A DNA stretch of 64,000 nucleotides, from assembly GCA_034437655.1 (NCBI GenBank), contig DAOTTU010000055.1, forward strand, positions 19,001 to 83,000, in the 5' to 3' direction. Made by a program: the position numbers and the translations under genes. Each line of letters starts with the position of its first letter. The stretch's first letter is position 1. The notes below the pieces were generated by a model. That model was given only the letters and a program-made list of their open reading frames with translations. It was not told the origin of the DNA and made no database searches. This stretch comes from Anaerolineae bacterium (GTDB taxonomy: Bacteria > Chloroflexota > Anaerolineae > Aggregatilineales > J027). Below, in pieces: positions 45,667 through 55,595 of this stretch.

Positions 45667-47640
45667 TTATATTTGCTTAACAACCCACATGAATTGATAA
45701 GGTACCAGCGCAAGTTCCTCATATTCTTCAACGGACAAGGGTTGTTGCGCAATCAGATCGAATGCGTCTAACCGCACCCCATGTGCCGTAAGTAGACGTG
45801 TGGGGAAGTGTTGCGTTTGGTCGTCAAAGTTGGCAAGCACCAGCACACGTTCATCCGGCTCGGTGCCACGTAAATAAGCGAAAACATGCGGATTATCAGT
45901 ATAGATCAACTGCATGTCGTTGCCAGCCAACCCCGACAGTGATTTACGCAGGTCAATCAGGTGCTTGAGCTGTTGAAAAATACGCCCGGCGATTGTGCTT
46001 GTATCATGCCGTTGTTCCATTAATGCCCAGTCGGTGGCAGGACGATGCACCCAACGGTTATCGCCAGCTTTAGAAGGGTCGTTTTCGTAGGTGTAGTCGT
46101 TCAAGCGGCCGACTTCATCGTTGTGATAGAGCAGTGGAATGCCACCCAATGAGAGAATAACGCCGTGAATTAACAAAACCCGACGAATGCTGTGTTCAAT
46201 CTGCTCAGCATCATCCAGTTCAAGTGCTAGCTCCAGGCCGGCAAGCGATGCAGTCGTACCACTGATGCGCATGTCCAGCGTGTGGGGATTGTAGTTGAAG
46301 GGCAAACCGCGTGCAAAGCTCCCTGAGAATTGACCGGTATAAAAGTGGTTCAAAAACTGACGATGATCAAAGCCATTGATGCCAATTTCGGCAGCGTCTT
46401 CGTCAGCAAAGCCCCAGCCAATGTCGTCATGGACACGCACATAGTTCACCCACGCGACATCGGGCGAAACCACATAGCGCTTTTGCATCGAATGCACCAA
46501 CAGACCGACTTTACGTGTGGCCAGCGACTCCCATAACAACACCATCAACAATGGATGATAGGACAACTGGCACTCTTTGCCGAGCTTGTCCCCACTCCCA
46601 AAATAGCGCACCACTTCGTCGGGGTGGACGATTGCCTCCGACTTTAGCAAGACGCCGGGGGCTACAATACGCAGCAAGGCGTTATAGGCTTGAATCAGCG
46701 TATGTGCTTCGGGCAAATTTTCGCAGGTGGTGCCAAGCGCTTTCCACGTGAACGCAACTGCATCCAGCCGTAAGATTTCAACGCCGTTGTTGACGAGAAA
46801 CAACATTTCACCAAGCATTGCACGGAAGACTTCGGGGTTGTGGTAGTTCAAGTCCCATTGAAAGTCATTGAAGGTTGTCCACACCCAGCGCTGGATTTCC
46901 GGCCGCCACGTGAAACTCCCCGGTGCTTGTTCGGGGAAAATTTCGCGCAGATGTTGTTCATAAAGGTCCGGCATAACGCGGTCAGGGAACATATGATAGT
47001 AGCGCTGGTAATGCGCATCACCATCGAGTGCTTGCAGCGCCCACGTGTGTTCATCAGACGTATGGTTATAGACAAAATCTAACACGAGGCTGATGCCATG
47101 TTCACGCAGCTCAGTGGCTAGCGAAGCAAGGTCTTCCATCGTACCAAGCGTCGGCTCAACCTCACGATAACTGCTGATCGCATACCCGCCATCACTGTTA
47201 TCCTCGGGGGCGCGGAATAGCGGCATCAGATGCAGGTAGGTAATGCCCAGTTCTTCAAAATAGGGGATACGTTCACGTATACCCGTCAGGTCATCTGCAA
47301 AGAGGTCAACATAGAGTACCATTCCCATCATTTGCTCGGACTGAAACCAGTGTGGGGTGGCTTCGCGTTGACGGTCAAGGCTATGTAGTGTTTTTGGACG
47401 TGCGGCATAATAGTGTGCAGCCGTCAACAGAATTTGCTCTAGATGATAGAAAAAGTCGTATTGACCGCCATACAGCGCCAACAAAGCTGCAAGCACATCT
47501 GGCAAATTGACCTGCAAACGTTCCATAAATAAATCTTGATCGTCCTGCAAAAGCGTGGCAAGTTCAGGGTGTAGCCGTGGGGAAAGCCGCTCAAAGGTCA
47601 CGGCAGCGCGTCGGGTCAATTCATCATGGTCAAGCTGCAT
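45667..47640 (-). CDS. Amylosucrase (GH13 sucrose glucosyltransferase/hydrolase)
   Basis: Long collinear similarity to characterised amylosucrase: YDFFYHLEQ, YVDLFADDL..IPYFEELGITYLHLMP, SDGGYAISSYREV, LDFVYNHTS, RLDAVAFTWK, SEAIVHPD. ATG 47640 (MQLDHD) gives 657 aa. The ORF-track extension to 47949 overlaps cpaF and its terminator. Confidence 0.9.
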   Translation of the reverse strand: MQLDHDELTRRAAVTFERLSPRLHPELATLLQDDQDLFMERLQVNLPDVLAALLALYGGQYDFFYHLEQILLTAAHYYAARPKTLHSLDRQREATPHWFQSEQMMGMVLYVDLFADDLTGIRERIPYFEELGITYLHLMPLFRAPEDNSDGGYAISSYREVEPTLGTMEDLASLATELREHGISLVLDFVYNHTSDEHTWALQALDGDAHYQRYYHMFPDRVMPDLYEQHLREIFPEQAPGSFTWRPEIQRWVWTTFNDFQWDLNYHNPEVFRAMLGEMLFLVNNGVEILRLDAVAFTWKALGTTCENLPEAHTLIQAYNALLRIVAPGVLLKSEAIVHPDEVVRYFGSGDKLGKECQLSYHPLLMVLLWESLATRKVGLLVHSMQKRYVVSPDVAWVNYVRVHDDIGWGFADEDAAEIGINGFDHRQFLNHFYTGQFSGSFARGLPFNYNPHTLDMRISGTTASLAGLELALELDDAEQIEHSIRRVLLIHGVILSLGGIPLLYHNDEVGRLNDYTYENDPSKAGDNRWVHRPATDWALMEQRHDTSTIAGRIFQQLKHLIDLRKSLSGLAGNDMQLIYTDNPHVFAYLRGTEPDERVLVLANFDDQTQHFPTRLLTAHGVRLDAFDLIAQQPLSVEEYEELALVPYQFMWVVKQI

Positions 47641-47702
47641 GGTATCCGCTCCATATCCCTCTTTGGTGCAGATAGTACCGCATTCACACAACACATTAAA
47701 GC

Positions 47703-47735
47703 AAAAAAACAAAAGACCGCCCAAACGCGGCCTTT
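47703..47735 (-). terminator. Intrinsic terminator of the cpaF-like gene
   Basis: Minus-sense AAAGGCCGC-GTTTGG-GCGGTCTTT followed by TGTTTTTTTGC, about 45 nt after the stop at 47780. Confidence 0.7.
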
Positions 47736-47779
47736 GTGATGATACTCGGATTTTTACCTGTCGTGCAGAAGCATCGTTT

Positions 47780-49252
47780 CTATCTGCCAAACATGGCATT
47801 CGAGCCAAAGGTGCCCGGCGGGAGTTTAATGCCAGCAGATTCAAACCGATCAGCAAACTTGGGCCGCAACCCGGTCGGTTGCAAGAAACCGCCGCCTTCT
47901 GCACTTGGGCTAACCGAGCGCTCACCTTCTTGCAAATAGAGGAACGCATCTTGCAATGTCACAAATTCGCCTTCCATGCCCTGCACTTCGGTAATCTGGA
48001 TGATCTTACGGCTACCATCTTTCAAGCGTGACTGTTGCACAATCATGTGGATGGCGCTGGCAATCTGCTGACGAATCACAGAGATGGGCAAGTCCATCCC
48101 GGCCATCAGCGCGAGTGTTTCCAGACGAGCCACAGCATCGCGCGGGCCATTGGCATGCACAGTCGTCAATGAACCGTCATGGCCAGTATTCATGGCTTGC
48201 AGCATGTCTAGCGCGGCTCCGTCACGAATCTCACCGACGATGATACGGTCTGGACGCATACGCAGCGACCCTTTCACGAGGTCACGAATCTTTAGCGCTC
48301 CCTCTGTAGACCCCTTCTTGGGGGGGCAGGTTTCTAGCCGAACAACGTGGCGCTGTTGGAGTTGTAGTTCAGCCGAGTCTTCAACCGTGATGATGCGTTC
48401 GCTATCGGGAATAAAGGAACTCAGGACATTGAGCAAGGTCGTTTTACCCGAGCCTGTACCGCCAGACACCACAATGTTGAGGTGAATTTGAACACACGCC
48501 CGCAAAAACTCAGCCACTTCCTCGGTAAATGAGCCAAAGTTAACGAGGTCGCGCCAGCCCAGCGGTTTTTCTGGGAACTTACGAATGGTCATTGTGGTTC
48601 CCTGCAACGCTGAAGGTGGCATAATCAAGTGGACACGGCTGCCGTCTGGCAAACGAGCGTCTACCATCGGGCTGCCACGGTCAAATTCACGTTGCATCGG
48701 ACGGACAATACGCTGTGCTACCCACTGAATATGGTCTTCATCATCAAACGTGACACGGGTCTCTTGTAACTTGCCCTTAAATTCCGCAAAAACGATTTCC
48801 GGGCCGTTGACCATAATTTCACTATAGCTACGATCCTGTACCAGTGGTTCAATGGCCCCAAAACCAAGCAAGTCATTGATCAATGCTTCTTCAAGCTGGC
48901 GGTATTCATCTTTCGAAAGCTGTATGTTGGCGCGTTGTAACACCGTTTTCAAGCGCTCTGCAACCATTTTACGGTGTTCGGGGTTCGTTGCTTCCATATC
49001 ATCAAACTCGTCAGGCGTCGCCAACAGCTTACCGCGAAGTTTCTTGCGTAGATCAGCAATTTTAGGTGGTGTTCGCTTTTTTTTCGGGGGCGTATAGACT
49101 GACTCAGACTGGGCCTCCTGTAAAATATCATCAAAATTGTCATCGTCAATCGCGGAGCTTTCAGAAGGGTGGTCTAGCGGTTGTGGTGTGCTGCTCCCCC
49201 GGTTGCTGCCCCCTTTTTTTGATGATCCTGATAGCTTGGATAACTTACCCAT
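47780..49252 (-). CDS. cpaF: CpaF/TadA-family type II/IV secretion ATPase with disordered N-terminal about 110 aa
   Basis: Walker [14 protein letters not shown], Asp/Walker [15 protein letters not shown], His box [18 protein letters not shown] lies 8 nt upstream of the ATG. Confidence 0.9.
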   Translation of the reverse strand: MGKLSKLSGSSKKGGSNRGSSTPQPLDHPSESSAIDDDNFDDILQEAQSESVYTPPKKKRTPPKIADLRKKLRGKLLATPDEFDDMEATNPEHRKMVAERLKTVLQRANIQLSKDEYRQLEEALINDLLGFGAIEPLVQDRSYSEIMVNGPEIVFAEFKGKLQETRVTFDDEDHIQWVAQRIVRPMQREFDRGSPMVDARLPDGSRVHLIMPPSALQGTTMTIRKFPEKPLGWRDLVNFGSFTEEVAEFLRACVQIHLNIVVSGGTGSGKTTLLNVLSSFIPDSERIITVEDSAELQLQQRHVVRLETCPPKKGSTEGALKIRDLVKGSLRMRPDRIIVGEIRDGAALDMLQAMNTGHDGSLTTVHANGPRDAVARLETLALMAGMDLPISVIRQQIASAIHMIVQQSRLKDGSRKIIQITEVQGMEGEFVTLQDAFLYLQEGERSVSPSAEGGGFLQPTGLRPKFADRFESAGIKLPPGTFGSNAMFGR

Positions 49253-49508
49253 ATCAAATTCTCCTTAAGACCAGCTTGATTCATCCTCAAGTGTACGAAA
49301 GCCAACCACGAACGGCAAGCGTGCATCTGGCATGTTGGTAAGTTTTCACGGGAGGGAGCTACTGCTCGTTAGCTTCTATGAGATACTTTTATGGGGTAGG
49401 GATTTTGTGCAAAATAAATAAAAGTAAAGAATCGTTTATAGTAGAATGCTACTTTTTAATTATTTTTAGCAATCGTGTTTTTGAACAAATAAATTCAAGG
49501 TTTAACCC

Positions 49509-49539
49509 TAGAAATTGATGAGTGAACCTACAATTTCTA
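49509..49539. repeat. Perfect 9-bp inverted repeat TAGAAATTG-N13-CAATTTCTA in the AT-rich intergenic region
   Basis: Read directly from the sequence. Confidence 0.7.
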
Positions 49540-49673
49540 AGTTTGAGCATAATAACCAATAGCATCTTACCGCATAATGGAGTATAGTTGCGCTTATGTT
49601 GCTGAAAAGCACAAATGCAGAGAAACTACCGAACGCCTAAAACTTTTTGGGAGAAGTTGACAAGAGCGTTGGC

Positions 49674-49706
49674 AGTCCTCTGTATAAAGAGAAGGACTCC
49701 CTTTTT
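49674..49706 (+). promoter_or_regulatory. Hairpin plus T5 run (terminator-like) about 120 nt upstream of glnA
   Basis: AGTCCT(C)T..loop..A(GA)AGGACT followed by CCCTTTTT. A perfect TTGACA hexamer lies at 49657..49662. Confidence 0.4.
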
Positions 49707-49717
49707 ACCATATAGAT

Positions 49718-49743
49718 TGCAAATTGACCAGTGCGGATTTGCA
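49718..49743. promoter_or_regulatory. Inverted repeat TGCAAAT-N12-ATTTGCA, candidate operator 80-105 nt upstream of glnA
   Basis: Perfect 7-bp arms read directly from the sequence. The function is inferred only from position. Confidence 0.4.
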
Positions 49744-49823
49744 CAGCCGCCAAACTGGATAGCTATTTTTTGTTTAATATTGGTGTCGTGCAGCACCATC
49801 GCTAATTTAAGGAGTTCCAACAC

Positions 49824-51254
49824 ATGCCCCTTGACTGTCAGTCCCCTGAAGATGTGTTAGCTGCTATCGAAGAAAATGGCATTAAATTCGTCGATATCCG
49901 CTTTACTGATTTGCCGGGAATGCAACAGCACTTTTCTGTGCCTGTTAGCAGCTTCGACGCTGATGCGTTTGAAGATGGGATCGGCTTCGACGGCTCTTCC
50001 ATTCGCGGTTTTCAAGAGATCAACGAAAGTGACATGCTGGTCGTTCCAGACCCTACCACCGCCTACCTGGACCCCTTTGCACAATATCCGACGCTCGTGC
50101 TGATCTGCAATATTGTTGACCCCATCACGAAAGAGACCTACAGCCGCGACCCACGCTATGTCGGTCAAAAAGCAGAACAATATCTTATAGACAGCGGCAT
50201 TGCTGATGAAGCATTCTTTGGGCCTGAAGCAGAATTTTTCGTCTTTAGCGACGTTCGCTATAGTCAGGGTACCAACCACGGTTACTATTTCGTAGATTCA
50301 CCCGAAGGTAACTGGAATTCTGGTAAAGAAGAACACCCTAACCTTGCGTACAAACCGCGTCCTAAAGAGGGGTATTTCCCTGTACCCCCCAGTGACAGCT
50401 ATCAGGATTTGCGCTCTGAAATGGTGTTGCTAATGGAAGAAGCGGGCATTGAAGTCGAAGCCCATCACCACGAAGTTGCTACGGGTGGACAGGGCGAAAT
50501 TGACTACAAATTCGGCACACTGGTACAGACCGCTGACCGCATGACCATCTACAAATACATTGTCAAGAACACCGCCCGTCGCCGTGGCCTGACTGCAACG
50601 TTCATGCCCAAACCCCTTTTCGAGGACAATGGTACCGGGATGCATGTCCACCAGAGCCTCTGGAAAGCTGGCGAGACGCTGATGTTTGATGAAGACGGCT
50701 ATGCCGGGCTTTCTCAAACTGCAAAATACTACATCGGCGGCTTGCTTAAACATGCACCGGCCCTGCTTGCCCTGACATCTGCAAGCGTCAACTCCTATCA
50801 CCGTCTGGTGCCGGGCTTTGAAGCACCGGTGAATCTGGTGTACTCGTTGCGTAACCGCTCGGCGGCTGTGCGTATCCCAATGTACAACAATAGCCCCAAG
50901 GCCAAGCGCGTTGAGTTCCGTTGCCCCGACCCCTCTAGCAATCCTTACCTGGCATTTGCCGCGCTATTGATGGCCGGGTTGGACGGGATTGAGAACCAGA
51001 TTGATCCTGGTAATCCAACGGATGTTGACCTCTACGACCTTTCTGAAGAAGAGTTGGCCGGGATTGCCACAGTGCCAAGCTCATTGGGTGAAGCACTTGA
51101 TGCACTAGAAGCTGACCATGAATTCCTGCTGAAGGGTGATGTCTTCACCAAAGACCTCATTGAAGCCTACATCGCCTATAAACGCGAAAACGAAGTGGAC
51201 GCCATTCGTCTGCGCCCACACCCGTACGAGTTCTTCCTGTACTTCGATATTTAA
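49824..51254 (+). CDS. glnA: Glutamine synthetase, type I
   Basis: 476 aa. [81 protein letters not shown] upstream. Confidence 0.97.
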   Translation: MPLDCQSPEDVLAAIEENGIKFVDIRFTDLPGMQQHFSVPVSSFDADAFEDGIGFDGSSIRGFQEINESDMLVVPDPTTAYLDPFAQYPTLVLICNIVDPITKETYSRDPRYVGQKAEQYLIDSGIADEAFFGPEAEFFVFSDVRYSQGTNHGYYFVDSPEGNWNSGKEEHPNLAYKPRPKEGYFPVPPSDSYQDLRSEMVLLMEEAGIEVEAHHHEVATGGQGEIDYKFGTLVQTADRMTIYKYIVKNTARRRGLTATFMPKPLFEDNGTGMHVHQSLWKAGETLMFDEDGYAGLSQTAKYYIGGLLKHAPALLALTSASVNSYHRLVPGFEAPVNLVYSLRNRSAAVRIPMYNNSPKAKRVEFRCPDPSSNPYLAFAALLMAGLDGIENQIDPGNPTDVDLYDLSEEELAGIATVPSSLGEALDALEADHEFLLKGDVFTKDLIEAYIAYKRENEVDAIRLRPHPYEFFLYFDI

Positions 51255-51432
51255 AGACCGTTGTTCTATTCTGGGTCGGTTTCGGCCGGCCCACCCTACC
51301 GCCCCCATACCGTCGCCGCAAAACAAGCTCGCCCCTATATAAAGTTTATTGTGTGTCACACGCTTTGTGTTCCCCATCACAAGGACGTGAAATTCAACGT
51401 ATAGTTTTTATAGCTTTAGGAGCAACTCAAAA

Positions 51433-52695
51433 ATGGACGGTAACACTGAAACGATTGTACTGAACGTTGGCGTGCTATGGCTCGTCATTTCCACCGCACT
51501 TGTGTTTTTTATGCAAGCCGGGTTCCTCGCGCTAGAAGTTGGTCTCAGTCAAAAGAAAAATGCAATTAATGTGGGCGTGAAGAACCTGACCGACATCGGG
51601 CTGTCGATTTTGCTGTACTGGGCAATTGGCTACGGGATTATGTATGGTGCCAGCGAAGGCGGTATCATCGGTACCGATAGCTTCTTCCCGGATGTCGGGC
51701 AGGGCGGTGCAGACCTTGCGATTGCATTCGCTTTCCAGGCAGCTTTTGCCTCAACAGCAGTGACAATCCTTTCGGGTGCAGTGGCAGGTCGCATGAAGTT
51801 TACCAGTTACTTAATTATCGCTGTGCTGGTATCCGGCATCATTTACCCCGTCTATGGACACTGGGTTTGGAATGGCGGCTGGCTGGCCGAACGCGGCTTC
51901 GCAGACTTCGCTGGCTCAACGGTCGTTCACAGTGTCGGCGGGTGGGTCGCATTAGCTGCACTCTTAATTATTGGTGCGCGTAAGGGTCGCTTTAACGCAG
52001 ATGGCACACCAAACGACATGCCGGGTTCCAGCACATCACTCGCTTTAATCGGTGTTGTTATCCTGTGGTTCGGGTGGTTCGGCTTCAATGGCGGTAGTGA
52101 ACTCGCCTGGTTCTCCATCGCAGAAGATGGCACGCTGAATGCAAGCTCTGCCGTTCCGGGTATCATTGCGAACACAGCCCTCGGTGGTGCGGCCGGTCTG
52201 GTTGGTGCGCTAGCACTGGGGTGGATTGTTGCAGGGCATCCAAGTGCAGGCTCTGTCGGTAATGGTGCGCTGGCCGGTCTGGTTGCAGTGACCGCCAACT
52301 GCCACGCCATCGATGCATCTGGTGCAGTCATCATCGGTGCCATTGGTGGTTTTATTGCGATTGGTGCCGAGCAGTTGCTCCTCCGCTTCAAGATTGACGA
52401 CGTGGTTGGTGCTATTCCGGTTCACCTTGCTGCCGGGGCATGGGGTACGCTGGCTTTTGGTATCTTTGCGCAGGAAGCGTTCCTCAACGCAGACAGCCGT
52501 GGCGCACAGATCGTTGAACAGGGGATTGGTATTGTTGCCGCTGCGGTCTGGACCTTTGGCGCTACATACGCCGCCCTATGGGCAATTAACAAGGTCTTCC
52601 CGCTGCGCGTTAGCGAAGAAGAAGAAGAACTGGGCCTCAACAGCGAACACGGCATGGCCCCGGCCCCAATGGCTCCGGCTGGCGCAATGGACTAA
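51433..52695 (+). CDS. amt: Ammonium transporter (Amt family)
   Basis: 11-TM profile. FMQAGFLALEVG, DFAGSTVVHSVGG, LWFGWFGFNGG, PVHLAAGAWGTL. Confidence 0.95.
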   Translation: MDGNTETIVLNVGVLWLVISTALVFFMQAGFLALEVGLSQKKNAINVGVKNLTDIGLSILLYWAIGYGIMYGASEGGIIGTDSFFPDVGQGGADLAIAFAFQAAFASTAVTILSGAVAGRMKFTSYLIIAVLVSGIIYPVYGHWVWNGGWLAERGFADFAGSTVVHSVGGWVALAALLIIGARKGRFNADGTPNDMPGSSTSLALIGVVILWFGWFGFNGGSELAWFSIAEDGTLNASSAVPGIIANTALGGAAGLVGALALGWIVAGHPSAGSVGNGALAGLVAVTANCHAIDASGAVIIGAIGGFIAIGAEQLLLRFKIDDVVGAIPVHLAAGAWGTLAFGIFAQEAFLNADSRGAQIVEQGIGIVAAAVWTFGATYAALWAINKVFPLRVSEEEEELGLNSEHGMAPAPMAPAGAMD

Positions 52696-52740
52696 GCGTT
52701 AGCAACAGCTAGCAGTTAACACATATCTATATCATTTCAA

Positions 52741-52773
52741 GGGATAGGTCTACAGCAGACCTGTCCCTTTTTT
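52741..52773 (+). terminator. Intrinsic terminator after amt
   Basis: GGGATAGGTC-tacagca-GACCTGTCCC (10 bp, one G-U) followed by TTTTTT. Confidence 0.8.
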
Positions 52774-52789
52774 GTTGTGACAGATTGTG

Positions 52790-53494
52790 TTACCCGTACA
52801 CGCGCAAATTCACGCCGTTGATGCGTGCGGCGCGGTCACTGGCCAGAAACATCATCGCATCGGTGATCTGATCGGGTGTCACCCATTTGCTGTAGTCGGC
52901 GTTGGGCATCGCATTGCGGTTGGCATCGGTGTCAATGGTACTTGGCGAGACACCATTCACGCGGATATGGTGTGAATCCAGCTCGGCCGCCATGCTCTCT
53001 ACCAAACTTTGCGCGGCTGCTTTACTGGCTGAATAGGCGGCGAGGTTTTTCGCCCCTTTATCAGCAACCCCCGATAAGGTGATAACCAGATTCCCCGCTT
53101 TGTCATGGGCGATCATGTGCGAAATAACAGCGCTGCATGTTACAAAAACGGTTTGTGTGTTCAAGAAAAGTTGCTTTTGCAATTCACTGAGGTCGGCTTC
53201 GTGCATCGGTTTGCCGCCTGCGAAGCCCCCAACCGTATGCACCAATACATCTATCACAAGCCCGGCATCATCCACTTTTTGCATAGACTGCTGCACACTC
53301 TCCGGGTCGCCGAGGTCTACAATCAAGCCGAGGTGCTGCTCACCAAGGTCTTCAAGTAGAACCTGCATCCGTTCCTCATCCCGATCAGAGAGAATCAATG
53401 TGGCCCCTGCTGCGTTGAAACGTTGTGCCACCACACGCCCCAGCCCACCGCAAGCACCTGTGATCATCACGACTTTGTTTTCAAATTCACCCAT
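52790..53494 (-). CDS. SDR-family oxidoreductase
   Basis: VVMITGACGGLGR, YSASKAA (YxxxK), 234 aa. Confidence 0.9.
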   Translation of the reverse strand: MGEFENKVVMITGACGGLGRVVAQRFNAAGATLILSDRDEERMQVLLEDLGEQHLGLIVDLGDPESVQQSMQKVDDAGLVIDVLVHTVGGFAGGKPMHEADLSELQKQLFLNTQTVFVTCSAVISHMIAHDKAGNLVITLSGVADKGAKNLAAYSASKAAAQSLVESMAAELDSHHIRVNGVSPSTIDTDANRNAMPNADYSKWVTPDQITDAMMFLASDRAARINGVNLRVYG

Positions 53495-53613
53495 TACGAT
53501 TTATCCTTAGATTTAGGGGGCAGAATTACCGTTTCCATCAATCTTGTATGATACGATTATGAATGTAATCAGCATATTCGTCCACCAAAATCATCTTCTG
53601 GGGAGTAGGTACG

Positions 53614-55047
53614 ATGGCGGCGCAACCTGTGATTTTGAACGAGCGTTACCGCATTGAACGCAAACTTGGCAAGGGAGCAATGGGCGATGTGTATCTGGCC
53701 ATCGACATGCGCGAAGATGAACCCGTCGCGATTAAAACCATTAACCGCGAACTCTACCAGAATCAAGAAGTACGCGAACGCTTCACCCGCGAAGTTGCCG
53801 CTCTACGAAAGCTAGACCACCCGTATATTATTGGTTATGTGGACGCCTTCGCCGTAAAAGGGCGCGCCTGCCTGGTAATGGAATACGTCGCCGGGGGCAA
53901 CCTTGCCGACTTGATTAAAGATCGTAGTCCACTTGACCTCGGTTTTTTCAAGAACATCGCCGCCAAAGTGATTGATGCTGTGGGTACAGCACACCTGGCC
54001 GGTATTTTGCACCGTGACCTCAAACCTGCCAACATTCTCATGAACGCTGTGCTGGAACCTAAAGTGGCAGACTTTGGGCTGGCTAAAATGACCGACCTGA
54101 CCACACTCACGGCTACCGGCACTGCGATGGGTACTCTCGCCTATATGCCACCAGAAGCCTTTGACATGCTCAGCAAGCCCGACGAACGTAGCGACATCTG
54201 GGCGCTGGGAGTTATTTTTTTTGAAATGTTGACCGGGACTCTGCCATTTCCGGCAAAAACGCAACCGCAGATGATCGGTGCCATCCTCAACGATGAGCCG
54301 TTCGACATTACGATGTATCGGCGCGATGTGCCTGTCGGCTGGCAACTGATGATTGCGCAGTGCTTGCAGAAAAAGCCGCAGGAGCGATACCAGCGTGTTG
54401 AAGATATGATTCCTGATTTAAACGAGGTCTCACGCGCACACCAGGACGCCCACAACATGCGCTTTTTGCCGGATGAAAATGAGGTTGGGTTTGGCGATCT
54501 TTTTGATTTTGAGAACAATGCTTCTGACCTTGCTGATGATTCCATGCGGATTGACATTGAAGAAATTGGGGTGGATCGCCCGCAGCAAGCTATGTCGCGG
54601 CCACGAAAAAGCCCAAACGCAAACCAGTTAGGTCATGCTGCTGCCCCAGACTATGGTGCCAAAGCACGCGCCAAAAAACAGACACCCATGGCCGCACTGT
54701 TATTTAGTGGGTTGTTATTGTGGTTGGGCGTAGCAGCCTCATTTGTAGGGGGCGGCTTAATCGTCTATAGCTTCACAGATGCAGGTACTGACTTTGTAGA
54801 GAATTTGGAGACAGCGCAAGCCCTTACCCTGGTGGGGTCGCTGATGTTTGCGGGTGGGGTCGCGGTGGAAGCCGTCACGATCCGCCCTGAACGTGGCCTG
54901 GAACTAGGGGTATTGGTCGCTGGGGTTGTGGGCATATGGTTCGTGTTTTTCTCAGAAATTTTGCTGACGGGGTTTTTGGCAGCGATGCTGGGAATTGTGT
55001 TTTATATTGTTGCAGTTGTGATGTACTTTCAGACACAACGTACCTAG
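53614..55047 (+). CDS. Ser/Thr protein kinase with C-terminal multi-TM region
   Basis: GKGAMGDVY, VAIK, HRDLKPANIL, ADFGLAK, MPPEAF. The C-terminal about 130 aa contain about 4 hydrophobic helices. Confidence 0.9.
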   Translation: MAAQPVILNERYRIERKLGKGAMGDVYLAIDMREDEPVAIKTINRELYQNQEVRERFTREVAALRKLDHPYIIGYVDAFAVKGRACLVMEYVAGGNLADLIKDRSPLDLGFFKNIAAKVIDAVGTAHLAGILHRDLKPANILMNAVLEPKVADFGLAKMTDLTTLTATGTAMGTLAYMPPEAFDMLSKPDERSDIWALGVIFFEMLTGTLPFPAKTQPQMIGAILNDEPFDITMYRRDVPVGWQLMIAQCLQKKPQERYQRVEDMIPDLNEVSRAHQDAHNMRFLPDENEVGFGDLFDFENNASDLADDSMRIDIEEIGVDRPQQAMSRPRKSPNANQLGHAAAPDYGAKARAKKQTPMAALLFSGLLLWLGVAASFVGGGLIVYSFTDAGTDFVENLETAQALTLVGSLMFAGGVAVEAVTIRPERGLELGVLVAGVVGIWFVFFSEILLTGFLAAMLGIVFYIVAVVMYFQTQRT

Positions 55048-55066
55048 CGCAACAAATTCGCTACGA

Positions 55067-55102
55067 CCAAAAGCCACTCACGTGCTTGTGAGCGGCCTTT
55101 TC
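55067..55102. terminator. Bidirectional intrinsic terminator between the kinase gene and hsp20
   Basis: CCAAAA-GCCACTCAC-gtgctt-GTGAGCGGC-CTTTTC. 9-bp stem with one mismatch, T-runs on both strands. Confidence 0.7.
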
Positions 55103-55130
55103 ATGATAGGATGACACGTCAATACCGGGG

Positions 55131-55595
55131 TTAGTTGCTGGAGCCTTCGACCAAATTTGGCTTGCGCACCTCAATGCGACGCCGTTGTGCAATTTCGGTC
55201 TTCGGCAGTGTCAGGGTCAAGACACCGTTGTTCAGCTCGGAGTCAATGTTGTCCACATCAATGCCCCGTGGCAGGGTCAGGCGGCGACTAAAGCGGCCAT
55301 AGCTGCGTTCGCGGACGAGAACATTGTCGTTTTCTTCGCGGCTGTCTTCATTGACTTCAGCGCTGATAGTCAGCACATTGTCATGCACGGTGACATCAAT
55401 ATCATCAGCGTCAACACCGGGCAGGTTGGTGGTCAACACATAGGCATTGTCATTTTCGTGCAAGTCCAGCGCCAGTGTGTTGTTGCCACGATTCATCATG
55501 CCGCTGGTGTTCCAAACGCCGTCGAAGAAGCGGTCGAGTGTCTCTTGCATAGCGGCAATCTCACGAGTGGGGTTCCAACGGGTAATGTTACTCAT
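55131..55595 (-). CDS. Hsp20/alpha-crystallin family small heat-shock protein
   Basis: LDLHENDNAYVLTTNLPGV..DIDVTVHDNVLTISAE..RSYGRFSRRLTLP..GVLTLTLPK. AAGGAGG upstream. Confidence 0.95.
   Translation of the reverse strand: MSNITRWNPTREIAAMQETLDRFFDGVWNTSGMMNRGNNTLALDLHENDNAYVLTTNLPGVDADDIDVTVHDNVLTISAEVNEDSREENDNVLVRERSYGRFSRRLTLPRGIDVDNIDSELNNGVLTLTLPKTEIAQRRRIEVRKPNLVEGSSN

Noticed and set aside
47641-47949. ORF-track N-terminal extension of the amylosucrase gene (760 aa), which overlaps the 3' end of cpaF.
   Set aside because: The extension is Cys/Arg-rich junk that spans the cpaF terminator. Homology to amylosucrases begins at MQLDHD (ATG 47640), giving the expected length of about 650 aa.
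49380-49620. AT-rich block considered as a replication origin or DNA-unwinding element.
   Set aside because: I saw no DnaA-box (TTATCCACA / TGTGGATAA) clusters and no dnaA, dnaN or gyrB nearby. The block lies between two divergently transcribed genes, which fits a regulatory region.
49620-49823. Glutamine riboswitch (glnA RNA motif), or an NtcA or GlnR/TnrA box, upstream of glnA.
   Set aside because: I could not find the CGUUCACC..GGAAGUAGG..AAGGAACG-type core, GTA-N8-TAC or TGTNA-N7-TNACA. Only unrelated inverted repeats are present, and those are reported as findings.
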